DNA of 64,000 nucleotides. Source: Octopus sinensis. Its lineage: Eukaryota. A program made the position numbers and the translations under genes. Position 1 is the stretch's first letter. Each line of letters starts with the position of its first letter. This document shows positions 48,248-60,770 of this stretch, piece after piece. Where the stretch lies: contig NC_043006.1 in NCBI RefSeq assembly GCF_006345805.1, forward strand, positions 73,284,001 to 73,348,000, given 5' to 3'. Below the pieces are notes generated by a model. That model was not told the origin of the DNA. It saw nothing but the letters and a program-made list of their open reading frames with translations, and searched no databases.

Positions 48248-51200
48248 TTAGGGTTAGTGTTAGGGTTAGGGTTTGTGTTACGGTGACGGTTAGGATTAGG
48301 ATTATGGTTAGGGTTAGGGTTAGGGTTAGGTTTCGGCTTAGTGTTAGGGATTGGTTACAGTTAGGGTTAGGGTTAGTGTTACGGCTAGCGTTAGGGTTAG
48401 GGTTAGGGCTAGGCATAGGGTTAGGTTAGGGTTAGGGTTACGGTTAGGGTTAAGGTTAGGTTTAGGGTTAGGGCTAGGGTTAGGGTTAGGGTCAGGGTTA
48501 GGTGTAGGCTTTGGGTTATGTCTGTGGTTAGTGTTAGGGCTAGGCTTAGGGTTAGGTTTAGTGTTAGAGTTAGGGTTTGATTTGGGGTTAGGGTGAGGGT
48601 TAGGGTGAGGGTTAGGGTTAGGGTTAGTGTTAGGGCTAGGTGTAGGGTTAGGTTTAGATTTAGGGTTAGGGTTAAGGTTAAGTGTTAGGGTTAGGGTTAG
48701 CGTTAGGGTTAGTGTTAGTGTTAGGATTAGGGCTAGAGTTTGGTTTAGGTTGAGTGTTAGGGTTAGGATTAGGGTTAGGGCTAAGATTAGGGTTAAGGTT
48801 AGGGTTAGATTTTGGGATAGGGTTAGGGTTAGGGTTAGGGTTAGAGTTAGGTCAAGGGTTAGGTTTAGGTCTAGGGTTAGGGTTAGTGTTAGGGTTAGGA
48901 TTAGGGTTAGGGTTAGAATTAGGGTTAGGGTTGGGATTAGTGTTAGGTTTAGGGTTAGGGTTACCGTTAGCGTTAGGGTTAGGGCTAGGGTTAGGCTTAG
49001 CGTTAGGGTTAGGTTTAGGGTAAGGTTTCGGGTTAGGGTTTGGGTTAGATTTAGTGTTAGGGTTTGGGTTATGGTTAGGGTTCGTGTTAGGGTTAGGTTT
49101 AGGGTTATTGTCATGGTTAGGGTTAGGGTTAGGGATAGGGTTATGGTTAGAGTTAGGGTTAGGGTTAGGGTTGGGGTGGTGGTTAGGGTTAGGGTTAAGT
49201 TTAGGAGTAGGGTTAGGGTTAAGTATTAGGGTTACTGTTAGGGTTAGGGTTCTGGGTAGGTTAGGGTTAGATTTAGGGTTAGGGTTAGGGTGAAGGGTTA
49301 GGATTACGATTAGGGCTAGAGTTAGGTTTAGGGTTTGGGTTTGGTTTAGGATTGGGGTGAGGTTTAGGGTTAGGGTTAGGTTTAGGGTTAGGTTTAGGAT
49401 TAGGGCTAGCGTTAGTGTTAGGATCAGGGTCAGGGTTAGGGTTATGGCTATGGTTATGGTTAGGGTTAGGTTTAGGTTTAGGGTTAAGGTTAGTGTTAGG
49501 GTGAGGGTTAGTGTTAGGTTTAGGGTTACGGTCAGCATTAGGGTTAGGGTTAGAGTTAGGGCTAGAATTGGGGTTAGATTTAGGGTTAGGGTTAGTGTTA
49601 GGTTTAGGTTTTGGGTTAGGGTTAGGGTTAGGGTTAGTGTTAGGTTTAGTGTTAGGGTTAGGTTTAGGGCTAGGATTAGGGGTTGGGTTAGGTTTAGGGT
49701 TAGGGTTAGGTTTAGTGATAGGGTTAGGGGTAGGGTTAGGGCTAGAGTTAGGTTAGGGTAAAGGTTAGGTTTAGGGTTAAGGTTAGTGTTAGGGTTAGGA
49801 TTAGGGTTAGGGTTAGGATTTAGATTATGGTTAGGGTTAGTGTTAGTGTTAGGTTTCGGGTTATGGTTATGGTTAGGGTTAGTGTTAGCGTTAGGGTTAG
49901 GGTTAGGGTTAGGTTTATGATTAGGGTCAGGTTTAGGGTTAGATTTATGGTTAGGGTTGCGGTTAGGGTTAGGGTTAGTGTTTTGGTTAGGGTTAGTGTT
50001 AGGGTTAGGGTTAGGGTTAGGGTTAGTGTTATGTTTAGGGTTAGGTTTATGGATAGGGTTAGGTTTAGGGCTAGGGTTATTGTTAGGGTTAGGGGTTCGG
50101 TTAGGTTATGTTTAGCGTTAATGTTAGGGTTAGGGTTATGGTTAGCATTAGGGTGAGGGTTATGGTTTGGGTTAGTGTTAGGGTTAGTGCTAGGCTTAGG
50201 GTTGGGGTTAGGGTTAGGTTTAGGGTTAGGGTTAGTGTTAGGTTCAGGGTTAGGGTTGGGGTTAGGGTTAGAGCTAGGGTTAGGGTTAGGGTTAGGTTAG
50301 GTTTTGAGTTAGGGTTAGGTTTAGGGTTAGGATGAAGGTTAGTATTAGGTTTCGGGTTACGGTCAGGATTAGGGTTAGGGTTAGAGTTAGGGTTAGAATT
50401 GGGGTTAGGTTTAGGGTTAGGGATAGCGTTAGGTTTAGTTTTTGGGTTAGGTTTAGGGTTAGGGTTCGGTTTAGGGTTAGGGTTAGGTTTAGTGTTAGGG
50501 TTAGGTTTAGGGCTAGGATTAGGGGTTGGGTTAGGCTTAGGATTAGGGTTAGGTTTAGTGATAGGTTTAGGGGTAGGTTTAGCGCTAGGGTTAGGTTAGG
50601 GTTAGGGTTATGTTTAGGGTTAAGGTTAGTGTTAGGATTAGGGTTAGGGTTAGGGTTAGTGTTAGCGTTAGGGTTAGGGTTAGTGTCTTGGTTAGGGTTA
50701 GTGTTAGGGTTAGGTTTAGGGTTAGTGTTATGTTTAGGGTTAGGGTTATGGATAGGGTTAGGTTTAGGGTTACAATTAGGGTTTGGGTTATGTTTAGGGC
50801 TAGGGTTAGTGTTAGGGTTAGCGGTTCGGTTAGGTTATATTTAGCGTTAATGTTAGGGTTAGGGTTATGGTTAGCATTAGGGTGAGGGTTATGGTTTGGG
50901 TTAGTGTTAGGGTTAGGGCTAGGCTTAGGGTTGGGGTTAGGGTTATGTTTAGGGTTAGGGTTAGTGTTAGGTTTAGGGTTAGGGTTTGGGTTAGGTTTAG
51001 GGTCAGGGTTATGGTTAGGGTTAGGTTTAGTGTTAGGGTTAGTGTTAGGGTCAGGGTCAGTGTTAGGGTTAGGTTTAGGGTTATGGCTATGGTTAATGTT
51101 AGGGTTAGGTTCAGTGTTAGTGCTTGGGTTAGGGTTAGTGCTAGGATTAGGGATAGTGTTAGGGTTAGGTTTAGGTTTAGTGTTAGGGTTAGGGTTCGTG

Positions 51201-52344
51201 TTAGGGTTAACGTTAGGGTTAGGGTTAGGGTTAGGTTTAGCGTTAGGGTTAGGGTTAGGGTTTTTTAGGACCAGGGTTAGGCTTAGGGTTAAGGTTAGGG
51301 TTAGGGTTAAGTTTAGGGTTAGTGTTAGGGTTAGTGTTTGTGTTAGGGTTAGTGTTAGGGTTTGGTTTCGGGTTTGGGTTAGAATTAGGGCTAGGGTTAG
51401 GGTTTGGGCTAGGGTTAGAGGTAGGGTTAGGTTTAGGGCTAGGGTTAGGGTTAGGTTTAGGTTTAGGGTTAGGGCTAGTTTTAGTGTTAGGTCTAGGGTT
51501 AGGGTTAGGGTTATGGTTACGGTCAGGGTTAGGGCTAGGTTTAGGGTTAGGGTTAGGGTTAGGGTCAGGTTTAGAGTTAGTGCTATGGTTAGGGTTTGGG
51601 TTAAAGTTAGGGTTACGGTTAGGGTTCGGGTTAGTGTTAGGGTTATGTCTAGCTTTAGGGTTAGGTTTAGGGTTAATGTTAGTGTTAGGGTCAGCGCTAG
51701 GGCTAGGTTTAGTTTTAGGGTTAGGTTTAGGGCTAGGGTTAGGTTTAGGGCTAGGTTTAGGGTTAGGGTTAGGGTAGGGTTAGGGTTAGCTTTAGGGTTA
51801 GTGTTAGGGCTAGTGTTAGCGTTAGTGTTAGTGTTAGGGTTAGGGTTAAGGTTACGGCTAGGGTTAGGGTTATGGTTAGGGTTAGGGTTAGATTTACGGT
51901 TAGGGTTAGGGTTAGTTTTATGGTTAGGGTTAGGGTTATTGCTATGGTGAGGGTTAGGGCTAGTGTTAGTTTTATTGTTTGGGTTAGGGTTAGGGTTAGT
52001 GTTAGGTTTAGTGCTAAGGTTAAGGTTAGGGCTAGGGTTAGTGTTAGAGTTAGTGTTAGGGTTAGGGTTTGGTTTAGGGTTAGGGTTAGGTTTAGGGTTA
52101 GTGTCAGGGTTAGGGTTAGTGTTAGGTTTAGGGTCATGGTCAGGGTCAGTGTTAGGGTTAGGGTTTTGGTTAGGGTTAGGTTTAGGGTTAAGTTTAGTGT
52201 TAGGGTTCGTATTAAGTTTTGGGCTAGGGTTAGGGTTAGGTTTAGGGTTAGGGCTAGGGTTATGTTTAGGTTTAGGGTTAGGGCTAGTGTTAGGGTTAGG
52301 TTTAGTGTTAGTGTTAGGCCTGGCTTGGGTTAGGGCTAGGGTTA
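48248..52344 (+). repeat. Interstitial degenerate telomere-like array (TTAGGG and variants), 4.1 kb
   Basis: Hexamer phase is largely kept; recurrent variants TTAGTG, TTAGGT, TTTAGG, CTAGGG and TTATGG; non-repeat DNA on both sides. Confidence 0.97.
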
Positions 52345-53139
52345 ACAGTTTTATTTTTAAATTTATTATATGACGGAACGCACGCATCCATTTCTACGTA
52401 AGATTGTTCTCAATATTAACAATGGTGCGCACTCTTAACCTTTCTCTCCCCCTCCCTTTCTCAGCCTTCATTCTTTTGGCTTTCCTTTTCTTCTACCTTA
52501 CTGTCTCTCCCTCTCTCTCTCTGTCATTCTTCATTCTTTTCTCTACAACCATTCCTTTTTATCTCCTTTTCTCTTACTCCTCCTCCTCCTTCCCGTCGTT
52601 GACCCACGACGAGAACTCTGCTGCTGTCTTTCTGTTTTGGCTACCCTCAAGTAGAGACGGCACTTTCTGTTGCTCTTTGCCGTTCTAAAAAATAGCGTTC
52701 GTAAAAAATTTTATCTCGTTCGGGTTAACCGCCCTTCTTGTTTGTGTTACTGTTATTTTCCTTGTCCTGTCTTTTACTGTATATATTATGTACTGTCGTT
52801 ACTGTCCTGTTTTTGTTACCAATCTCAAATTTTACTTAATTTAATTTTCGCGGGAAGGATTGTTTCATTAAAGTCATGTATCGCCTTGACCTTCGAAACG
52901 TGGAGTAGATGAAACAAAGGCGACTGAAGAAGCGGAATTTTCCTTGTTTTGTATGTCCTGTACTCTATTTTTTCGTTGTTTAAGAAAAATGTCCATTTCA
53001 TTGGGTTTTGTGTTTATGTTTTCATTTCTCATTGTGTTCGCCGTTTTTTTGGTGTCCTGTACCCATATATACATGTAGAGGTAGGTACGTACATATATGT
53101 ATGTATATATGCATATGTTTTATTTATTTATTAATTTAT

Positions 53140-53213
<74 letters not shown>

Positions 53214-53390
53214 ATTTCAGTAAAACAATTTAGATTCAAGTGAATTCCAATGAATTCACATGAATGTGGTACTTAACTTAGATGCACCAGAAATCTTTAT
53301 GGTATTAACCATAAAATAATGTGGGGTGATTATAAACAAGAAAAAAGCAAAAAGAAAGAATTCCATTCTTGTTGCTTTTTTCTTGTGTAT

Positions 53391-53468
<78 letters not shown>

Positions 53469-53474
53469 ATAATA

Positions 53475-54051
53475 AATAAATATAAGGGTAGTAAAAAATT
53501 TTAGAAAAAATTTTCCGCTACCAGCGGTCTGCTGAGAAAGAAAAAATAGTCAAAGACTATATAATATACATTCAACAATATAAGGAATGGCCATATAGGA
53601 CATTCGACTCACTAGAAAGAGCAGCCAAAACTCATACCGCTAAATAGTTGTAATTCTGAAATAGAAAGAGAAATAAAAACGTTTACCCCTTTCATCTCTG
53701 GACTATGCATAGTTTCGGCAAAACTTTGGCAAATGAATTAATTAAATTAAATTAAATTCATTTACATCTGGCGTGCCTCGTCAGCAGAGAGCCTAGGACG
53801 AGTATATGTCCACGAGGCTATGGTAAAGAAGCCTCCAGTCACATATGCCCTAAATTTTCAAATCTTACCGCAATCGCGCGGTCTACTCAGCAGCAAATAT
53901 AAACTGCTGAATTAATTTCAAAATTAGCCAAAAAATCATTAATTAATAAATATAAGGGTAGTAAAAAATTCTAGAAAAAATTTTCCGCTGCCAGCGGTCT
54001 GGTGAGAAAGAAAAAATAGTCAAAGAATGGCCATTCCTTATATTGTTGAAT
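53475..54051 (-). mobile_element. Retrozyme-like / PLE pLTR-like unit: 470-bp monomer plus an 82-bp terminal redundancy, inserted in (TA)n
   Basis: Direct repeat 53475-53556 / 53945-54026 (3 mismatches), central hammerhead, and a 25-bp terminal inversion at 54027-54051. Confidence 0.75.
53695..53790 (-). ncRNA. Type I hammerhead ribozyme with an intact core
   Basis: Minus strand UCUCUG-CUGACGA-GGCA...UGCC-GAAAC-UAUGCAUA-GUC-CAGAGA; all three helices pair. Confidence 0.92.
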
Positions 54052-55710
54052 ATATATATATATATATATAGCAATAACAATGTATCATGCGTAATGTATA
54101 CACACAGCTGAATAGGAAGTTACTGCGGTGTTTATCTTGAGATATCATCCCCTATAAAGATGTTACATTGACTTTGATACATAGATGGCTAATTTAAATT
54201 TAATACTGCTGAAATTCCATATACAAGATTTTAAGTCAGTTGGGCAGATATTCACAATACCAATTAATGCTTTATTCACTGCCTTTAGATCGGAGGCGAT
54301 GAATTCCCGTTCACTGAAAAGGCCTAAAAACTCTGAAATGCATCTGGCATTCTCGCTGGCCTCTACTTTCTGTCTCTCTTCGTTATTTACTGTGTTTTTT
54401 AAAACATACGCACACACACACATGCACGAACGCACACACACGCACGCACGCACACACATTCACACACCTTTATGGATTCTTGTGCCGTTGAACGACGGTT
54501 GAGGGTTCCGCAATTTTTTGCTGAACATCCACACAGATGATTTGTTTACAGTGACCAGCTGTTTGTATTTACATAAGCTCATTCCCTCCATCAAATCGGC
54601 ATTGCCTGTACAGGTGCGCAAGTGTGTCACACATTCTGGAGCAATGTGAAATGGAATGTTTTGCTCAAGAAAACAACATGCCGCCCAGTTCGGGAATCGA
54701 TCGCATCACCCAGCGATCATGAGTGCAACACTCTAACCACTATATATTTAGACCAACTTTTTCTGTGCACTACGCGTAAGAAAAGGATTAGTTGGTCACA
54801 ACTGGAACGGATTTGCTTATTGGTCTGCTCAGTCGAGACTGACCTGTGACTCAATAACAACTTGAGACATTTTATTCTCTAGGTAATGTCCGTTGATTTT
54901 GGCTGATCACGTTTTGGACAGAAATTTCTAGCGTTTGTACGTACAATAGTTGCATCTGCAATAAGCTAATATGACGCGTACTTGTGTCTTGTGGAGGATA
55001 AGTTTTGAAATATATTTTGCAGAGATAAAAGAACCCTGGGTTATATATTTGTGTCGTTGATAAAAAATCAGAACAGATGTGAGATTTAACGACTGAGCAG
55101 TTTTTAAAGATTGTATATGTTTATAGTTTATGAAATGGCATGGTAGAAAGTTGAATGTGTCTGATGCGAGTAATATGTGGTTATTAGAGCTTTTGAATAA
55201 TATTAGACTATTGTGTACTCATGCAGTAATTATTGAATTAACTGTATCTTCTACTCAACGAATGTGTGGTTTCGTGCAAATGAAATAAATCCTTTTAACA
55301 CCAGCAACCCTAATAATAATGTAGCCGAAGTACACCAAAGCTTGCAATTAAATATTGAACAGCTTCTAGTTAAGTTGTCTCACTCAATTCGTCACTACAG
55401 CTAATACGCACAAATATATTAACAAGAATTTCCCTGCAGAAATTGTGAAGTGAAAAAGAGTGTCAACAGATGACCGATCAACATGTCAATGTTCTGGAAA
55501 CCTATCAAGAAATTAAGATACCAAACAAGATCACCATTAAGCACAGCAGTTGTACTTCAAAGAGATTCTCATAATCAACCAAGCAAGGTCTGAGAATGTA
55601 TCTTTCAGATACAACAAGAAAACAAATAGAAGACAATTGAAATTACTTTCAATTCTGACTTAATTCTGCAAGAGAGACATTTTGTTTGATTGTAGATTAA
55701 ATTAAAATAT

Positions 55711-55872
55711 ATATTAATAGTTATCGCCAATCTAATATGGCAGTCCAGAAATACATGACAAATGCTGCCGTTGATTAGCTAGCTAGAGGCGATGGCCTCT
55801 TGGAGCTAATCAACGGCAGCATTCGACTTATATTTCTGGACTGCCATATTAGATTGGCTTAACTACTAATAT
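55711..55872. mobile_element. Short foldback MITE related to 5592-6373
   Basis: Arms of about 70 bp (gccaatctaatatggcagtccagaaata..aatgctgccgttgattagct and its reverse complement) around an agagg-cgatgg-cctct hairpin. Confidence 0.75.
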
Positions 55873-57061
55873 CCAGTACCGCTGCCGTAGTCTCCTTTAG
55901 AAAGACTTAGAAATATTAATATTTCTATTTAAAATTTATATAAATTTATATAAATGATTAGGCAGAGGCAGCTCTTAGAGCTATATTTGCTTAATGAAAA
56001 CAAACTATGGTATTGCTGTAATTATAATTTGTTAACTTTACATACTATTCACACATCTTCAATAGAGGTTATTGATATGTGAATGATATAAATGTTTGAA
56101 AACAGTCTTCGAGCCCTGCGGGTTAAGAAGTTAAGGAAAACGGGTAAAGTGATGTCAATAAATGAAAACAAATAAAACACGATATTGTTATATGATCCTG
56201 TAATATTTCCGGAAAAATACCTCTTTTCAAATAGAATAAAGAAAATAATCAAAGAGTTCGAAGAAATGTGTTGGTACCGATAGGTCATTCTAGGGTGCCA
56301 TCAATAGTTTATAATTATATATTTTTATGTTTAAAATATCAGGCCATTGTGCCTAATAAAAAGTAAATAATATGAAACAAAAGGAGAACGTGATCTTAAC
56401 ACAAAACAATCTTTCAAAATGCTCGTGATACAACAGTATGAATCAAAAGTATATTTACATAGATGTTTCATGATTAAAACCTTATGTCCTAACATCTATT
56501 TTAAAAATAAAAACGAACAATACTATGAACGAGTGGCTTCTGGAAAATCGAATCCGCAAAAGGCCTGGTTACTGATTTTGCAATGTTGTCTCATTTACTC
56601 CATGTCATAATTTTCAATCATCGTTAGTAATTAGCATACAGCTTCATTCAACTGGGTTACTTCATCCCATAATCAGCAGATTACAACCCACTGACAGTGT
56701 AAAGCAAGGAATCCCTCACTCGCCGACAAAATTTCGCTGGAATTCATATTTGAAATCGTTTGTTGATGAAGTCATTAAAAGTCATACAAAACCGGTTTAA
56801 CCCTTATGGTCAATGAATATAATTTTCATATCTATAAATTTGTAAAATTAATGATACAGGGTTTCTCTTAGCAACAATTCGCCCTCATAGGCTCTCATGT
56901 ACTGGTAATTCCTGCTATTAAAAGATTCTCCGTAAAGGTAAGATTACGTAATAGTTCAAATCACACCTTGTGCACTCTTTCACGTCTGAAAGTTGTTAGG
57001 AAATGAAACAGAAACTATGTCTAAGCTATCACACACTCCCCTAATCTCTTATATTATAAGT

Positions 57062-57430
57062 GGAGGCGCAATGGCCCAGTGGTTAGGGCAGCGGACTCGC
57101 GGTCGGAGGATCGCGGTTTCGATTCCCAGACCGGGCATTGTGAGTGTTTATTGAGCGAAAACACCTAAAGCTCCACGAGGCTCCGGCAGGGGGTGGTGGT
57201 GAACCCTGCTGTTCTCTTTCACCACAACTTTCTTCCTGTTTCTCTTGTACCTGTATTTCAAAGGGCCAGCCTTGTCACATTCTGTGTGTCACGCTGAATC
57301 TCCTCGAGAACTACGTTAAGGGTACACGTGTCTGTGGAGTGCTCAGCCACTTGCACGTTAATATCACGAGCAAGCTGTTCCGTTGATCGTATCAGCTGGG
57401 ACCCTCATCGTCGCAACCGACGGAGTGCTC
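57062..57430 (+). mobile_element. SINE family A
   Basis: Matches 35841-36225; possible TSD atattataa. Confidence 0.9.
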
Positions 57431-59389
57431 ATTTTTTTTTATTTTCATATTATAAATTCTGATTACTTGGTTCGAAATGGAATTAGTTGCAATTTAAAGT
57501 ATATGCAAAATATCTATGCAGCAACTGTCAATTAATTTCCTTAGGGCAATTATTTGAGCATGAATTAAAGAAACTAGAGTCTAAATCTCGTAATTTAAAC
57601 GGTTAAACTGTCTTAATTGTGTCATTATATTATATTACTAATGGAGTTTCACTGATATATGTTGTTACATACTATCTTTACAGTTCGGACAAGTTACTTG
57701 GCACCAATCACTCAAAGATTCAGAGATATGCTGGTGGAACTCAGTTGACATATTTGGTGTTCGGTGAAGCAAAAGAGACTATGTCAAAGGAAATGAATGA
57801 CAGGAAGAGACATTTGTGTTTCTGTAATTATAATAATTAATTGTGTTACTGTGTTACAAGAAAGAAAATCCGTGTGAATACAATCAACTAAATACTGTAA
57901 TAACGTTTTGCTTCAGTAAAATGCAAACAATTTGAATGTATGGCAAACTTCACTGAAAAATACCTTCACAAAAAAAGGGTATATTTCACGAAAACGGGAA
58001 ATCTATATACCTTCCGCGTAATCAGGAAGTATATATACCTTCTTTGTTATTATCCAAACATCTACATTTTCATCCTGGTGCTGTTTACATTTTCATCATT
58101 ATCTAAGACCCTAAACCACAAAAACATCTGAAATATCAAATATTAAATGTGTCTGTGAGGAAGAAGATCAAAGAAACTTTAGAAGAAATAACTGCCTATT
58201 CCTCTATAGAAATGATTCAAGAAAAACACCTGCATCCTTGAGTTACTCTTGTTTCGTGATACACGGCATTAATTTCGGTGTAAACTAATCAGCCTGCTAA
58301 CGATCAAAAGTGAACATTAAGATTAATAGATTAATCTCCCCATTTATGTGTGTAAAACTGCACCTGAACAAAATAGCACCTCTAAAGAAAGATACAACAC
58401 ACCATTCCTTCATACAATTTGAAAATAACTTTCAGGTTCAGAGTTCATAATTCGGTGGGAATAAATGAAACGTTCATCCTTTAATTGCTTTATATTCTTT
58501 TACTGATTTCTGTCATTGAACTGTAGCGTCATCGAGAGAACATCTTTAGACTTTTTAATCAATCATACCGATTCCATTACTTATACCAGTTTGCTAGTTA
58601 TGAATTCAGCCATATCGAATGGCTAAGCTACGATTTTTTTCACACAACGCCAACTTTCCAAGAGTAAACATCTACAAATACAAGCACAAATATAAACACA
58701 TGCACGCGCACACATACTCACAAACTGTTATTTTTTTAATACTATATATGGCGATTTTAAAGATTTACCAATATTAGTCTTTATTAAACTGGCACTTTAA
58801 AAAAGATTGAATTTCGCTGGAACTTCGAAGTAACTGCTTGTGATTTTTATGAAAAAATAAAGTTTTAAGTGCTGCTTGTATTCAGTTCTCAAGCGGACGA
58901 TGTTTAATCTGGTTTCAATAAATTTTTATTACATATGTATACAAGTTAAAAACCTATATACTAATGTATGCGTATATGCATGTATATACACGCACTTAAC
59001 ATGCATATGCCTTTGTGTGTATATGTGCGGGTATCTTTCACGCTTCTGTACCTTGAAATGATACACACACAGACACACACACACACACATACACACACAC
59101 AACACACACATACACACACACACACACAGAGCAAAGTTAAAGAAAAATACATAAGCACTGAGTTGGTATTTGGTTTGACGTTTGGAAAATAGGGAGAAGG
59201 AAATGCCTTTAACTTTTCGAATTTTCGCTTAATGAAAATAAGAAAGACAAAGAGAGAACAGAAGAGAAAAAGTTGGAGAAATTGAAGCGCATGTGAGTCT
59301 AACAGTCACAGTATGGTTAATGACCGGAAGTACTGAAAGGTTGCTTTAGACGTGAGCATCAAAGATGAAATCTCTGAGCCACTTTCTGT

Positions 59390-59980
59390 GAGTGTATATG
59401 TGTGTGTCTGCTTGCTTGTTTGTATGTGTATGTGTGTGTATAAAGCTCTTGTGTGTGTGTAAACTGTGCATATGCATGTGTGTGCTTGCTTGCTGATTTG
59501 TGTGTGTGTGTGTGTGTTCAAGGCTGTTGTATGAGTGTGTGTTTTCGAGGCTATTGTGTGTGTGTGTGTGTGTGTGCCTGCCTGCTTGCTTGTTTGCGTG
59601 TGTGTATTAAGCTCTTGTGTGTGTGTAAACTGTGCATGTGCATGTGTGTGAGTGTGTGCTTGCTTGCTGATTTGTGTGTGTGTGTGTGTGTTCAAGGCTG
59701 TTGTATGAGTGTGTGTTTTAGACGCTATTGTGTGTGTGTGTGCCTGCCTGCTTGCTTGTTTGCGTGTGTGTATTAAGCTCTTGTGTATGCGTAAACTGTG
59801 TGTGTGCATGTGCGTACGTGTGTGTGTGCTTGCTGATTTGTGTATGTGTGTGTGTGTGTCAGAGGCTATTGTGTGTGTATATGTGTATGTGTGTATGTTC
59901 GAGGCTATTGTGTGTGTATGTGTGTATGTGTGTGTGTGTGTGCGTGCGCATGTGTTCGAAGTTATTGTGTGTGAGTAGGT
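59390..59980. repeat. Compound (TG)n repeat with a ~165-bp higher-order unit
   Basis: aagctcttgtgtg..aaactgtgc..gcttgctgatttg..caaggctg recurs at about 59443, 59609 and 59776. Confidence 0.8.
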
Positions 59981-60770
59981 TTCCTGCAAAGTTTGGAAGA
60001 CATCTGCCACGCATTAGGATCGAGACATTGTTGTTAAGCAAACATTTTAACCACTCCTTAATGTCTATTTCCTATCAGTGTACATATCTCATATATTGTT
60101 ATGCTCAGAACTATATGCTACGCATACTTCTGTTCACATTCTGCTGAAGATAGTGATAAAATCTGCACAATTACTTCAACTAACAGATATTCGAAATATC
60201 GCTTTTGTCACGACACAAAACGCTATCATTTATGCAATAACATATACAGAGTAACGCACGTTGCCTTCTAACCACTCATATCCTACTGCCATTTCGTAAT
60301 CTATGGATTACACTTGGTTCCGCAGAACCGATAAGATTGGAATTTTAGAACGTTTTTGATTGGGTAAAAATACAAGGATCTTGAGAAATTCTGAGACATC
60401 CTGGACAAGTGCCTTCAGTTTTAGTTGATTAATATCTAAGACTTTGTCTGTGTGGAACATTGTAAACAGGAACTGTGCATTAATTGAACGGTCACTCACT
60501 GCTTTAATGCGCGCACACACACACACACACGTACACACACACACGTACGCACAAACACAAACAACACACACAGACATCACAACACACACGCACACAGCAC
60601 ACAACACACATATGTGTGTGTGTGTATGTATATAAATATACACATGTATTTATATACATACATGCATATATATATCTATATCTATATATATACACACACA
60701 TACATATCTGTCTATCTATCTATACACACACACACAGATATATATACACATACATATATATATATATATT

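Noticed and set aside
46661-52344. Telomere-telomere fusion site
   Set aside because: All repeats have one orientation; there is no TTAGGG-to-CCCTAA inversion point.
46594-52387. Long ORFs (up to 598 aa) of PN/LT/RV/LG dipeptides and KRSKR repeats
   Set aside because: They arise because TTAGGG variants and the 22-bp unit lack stops in some frames; no evidence of real coding.
52850-52945. Hammerhead-like words (gaagg..ccttcGAAACGT; CTGAAGA downstream)
   Set aside because: The core is missing upstream of the stem, the triplet is GUG, and the order of elements is inconsistent; at best a remote relic.
59350-59392. Possible micro-exon (tttag|..DVSIKDEISEPLS..|gtgagt)
   Set aside because: AG and GTGAGT are present, but the polypyrimidine tract is weak and no partner exons were found; unsupported without RNA data.
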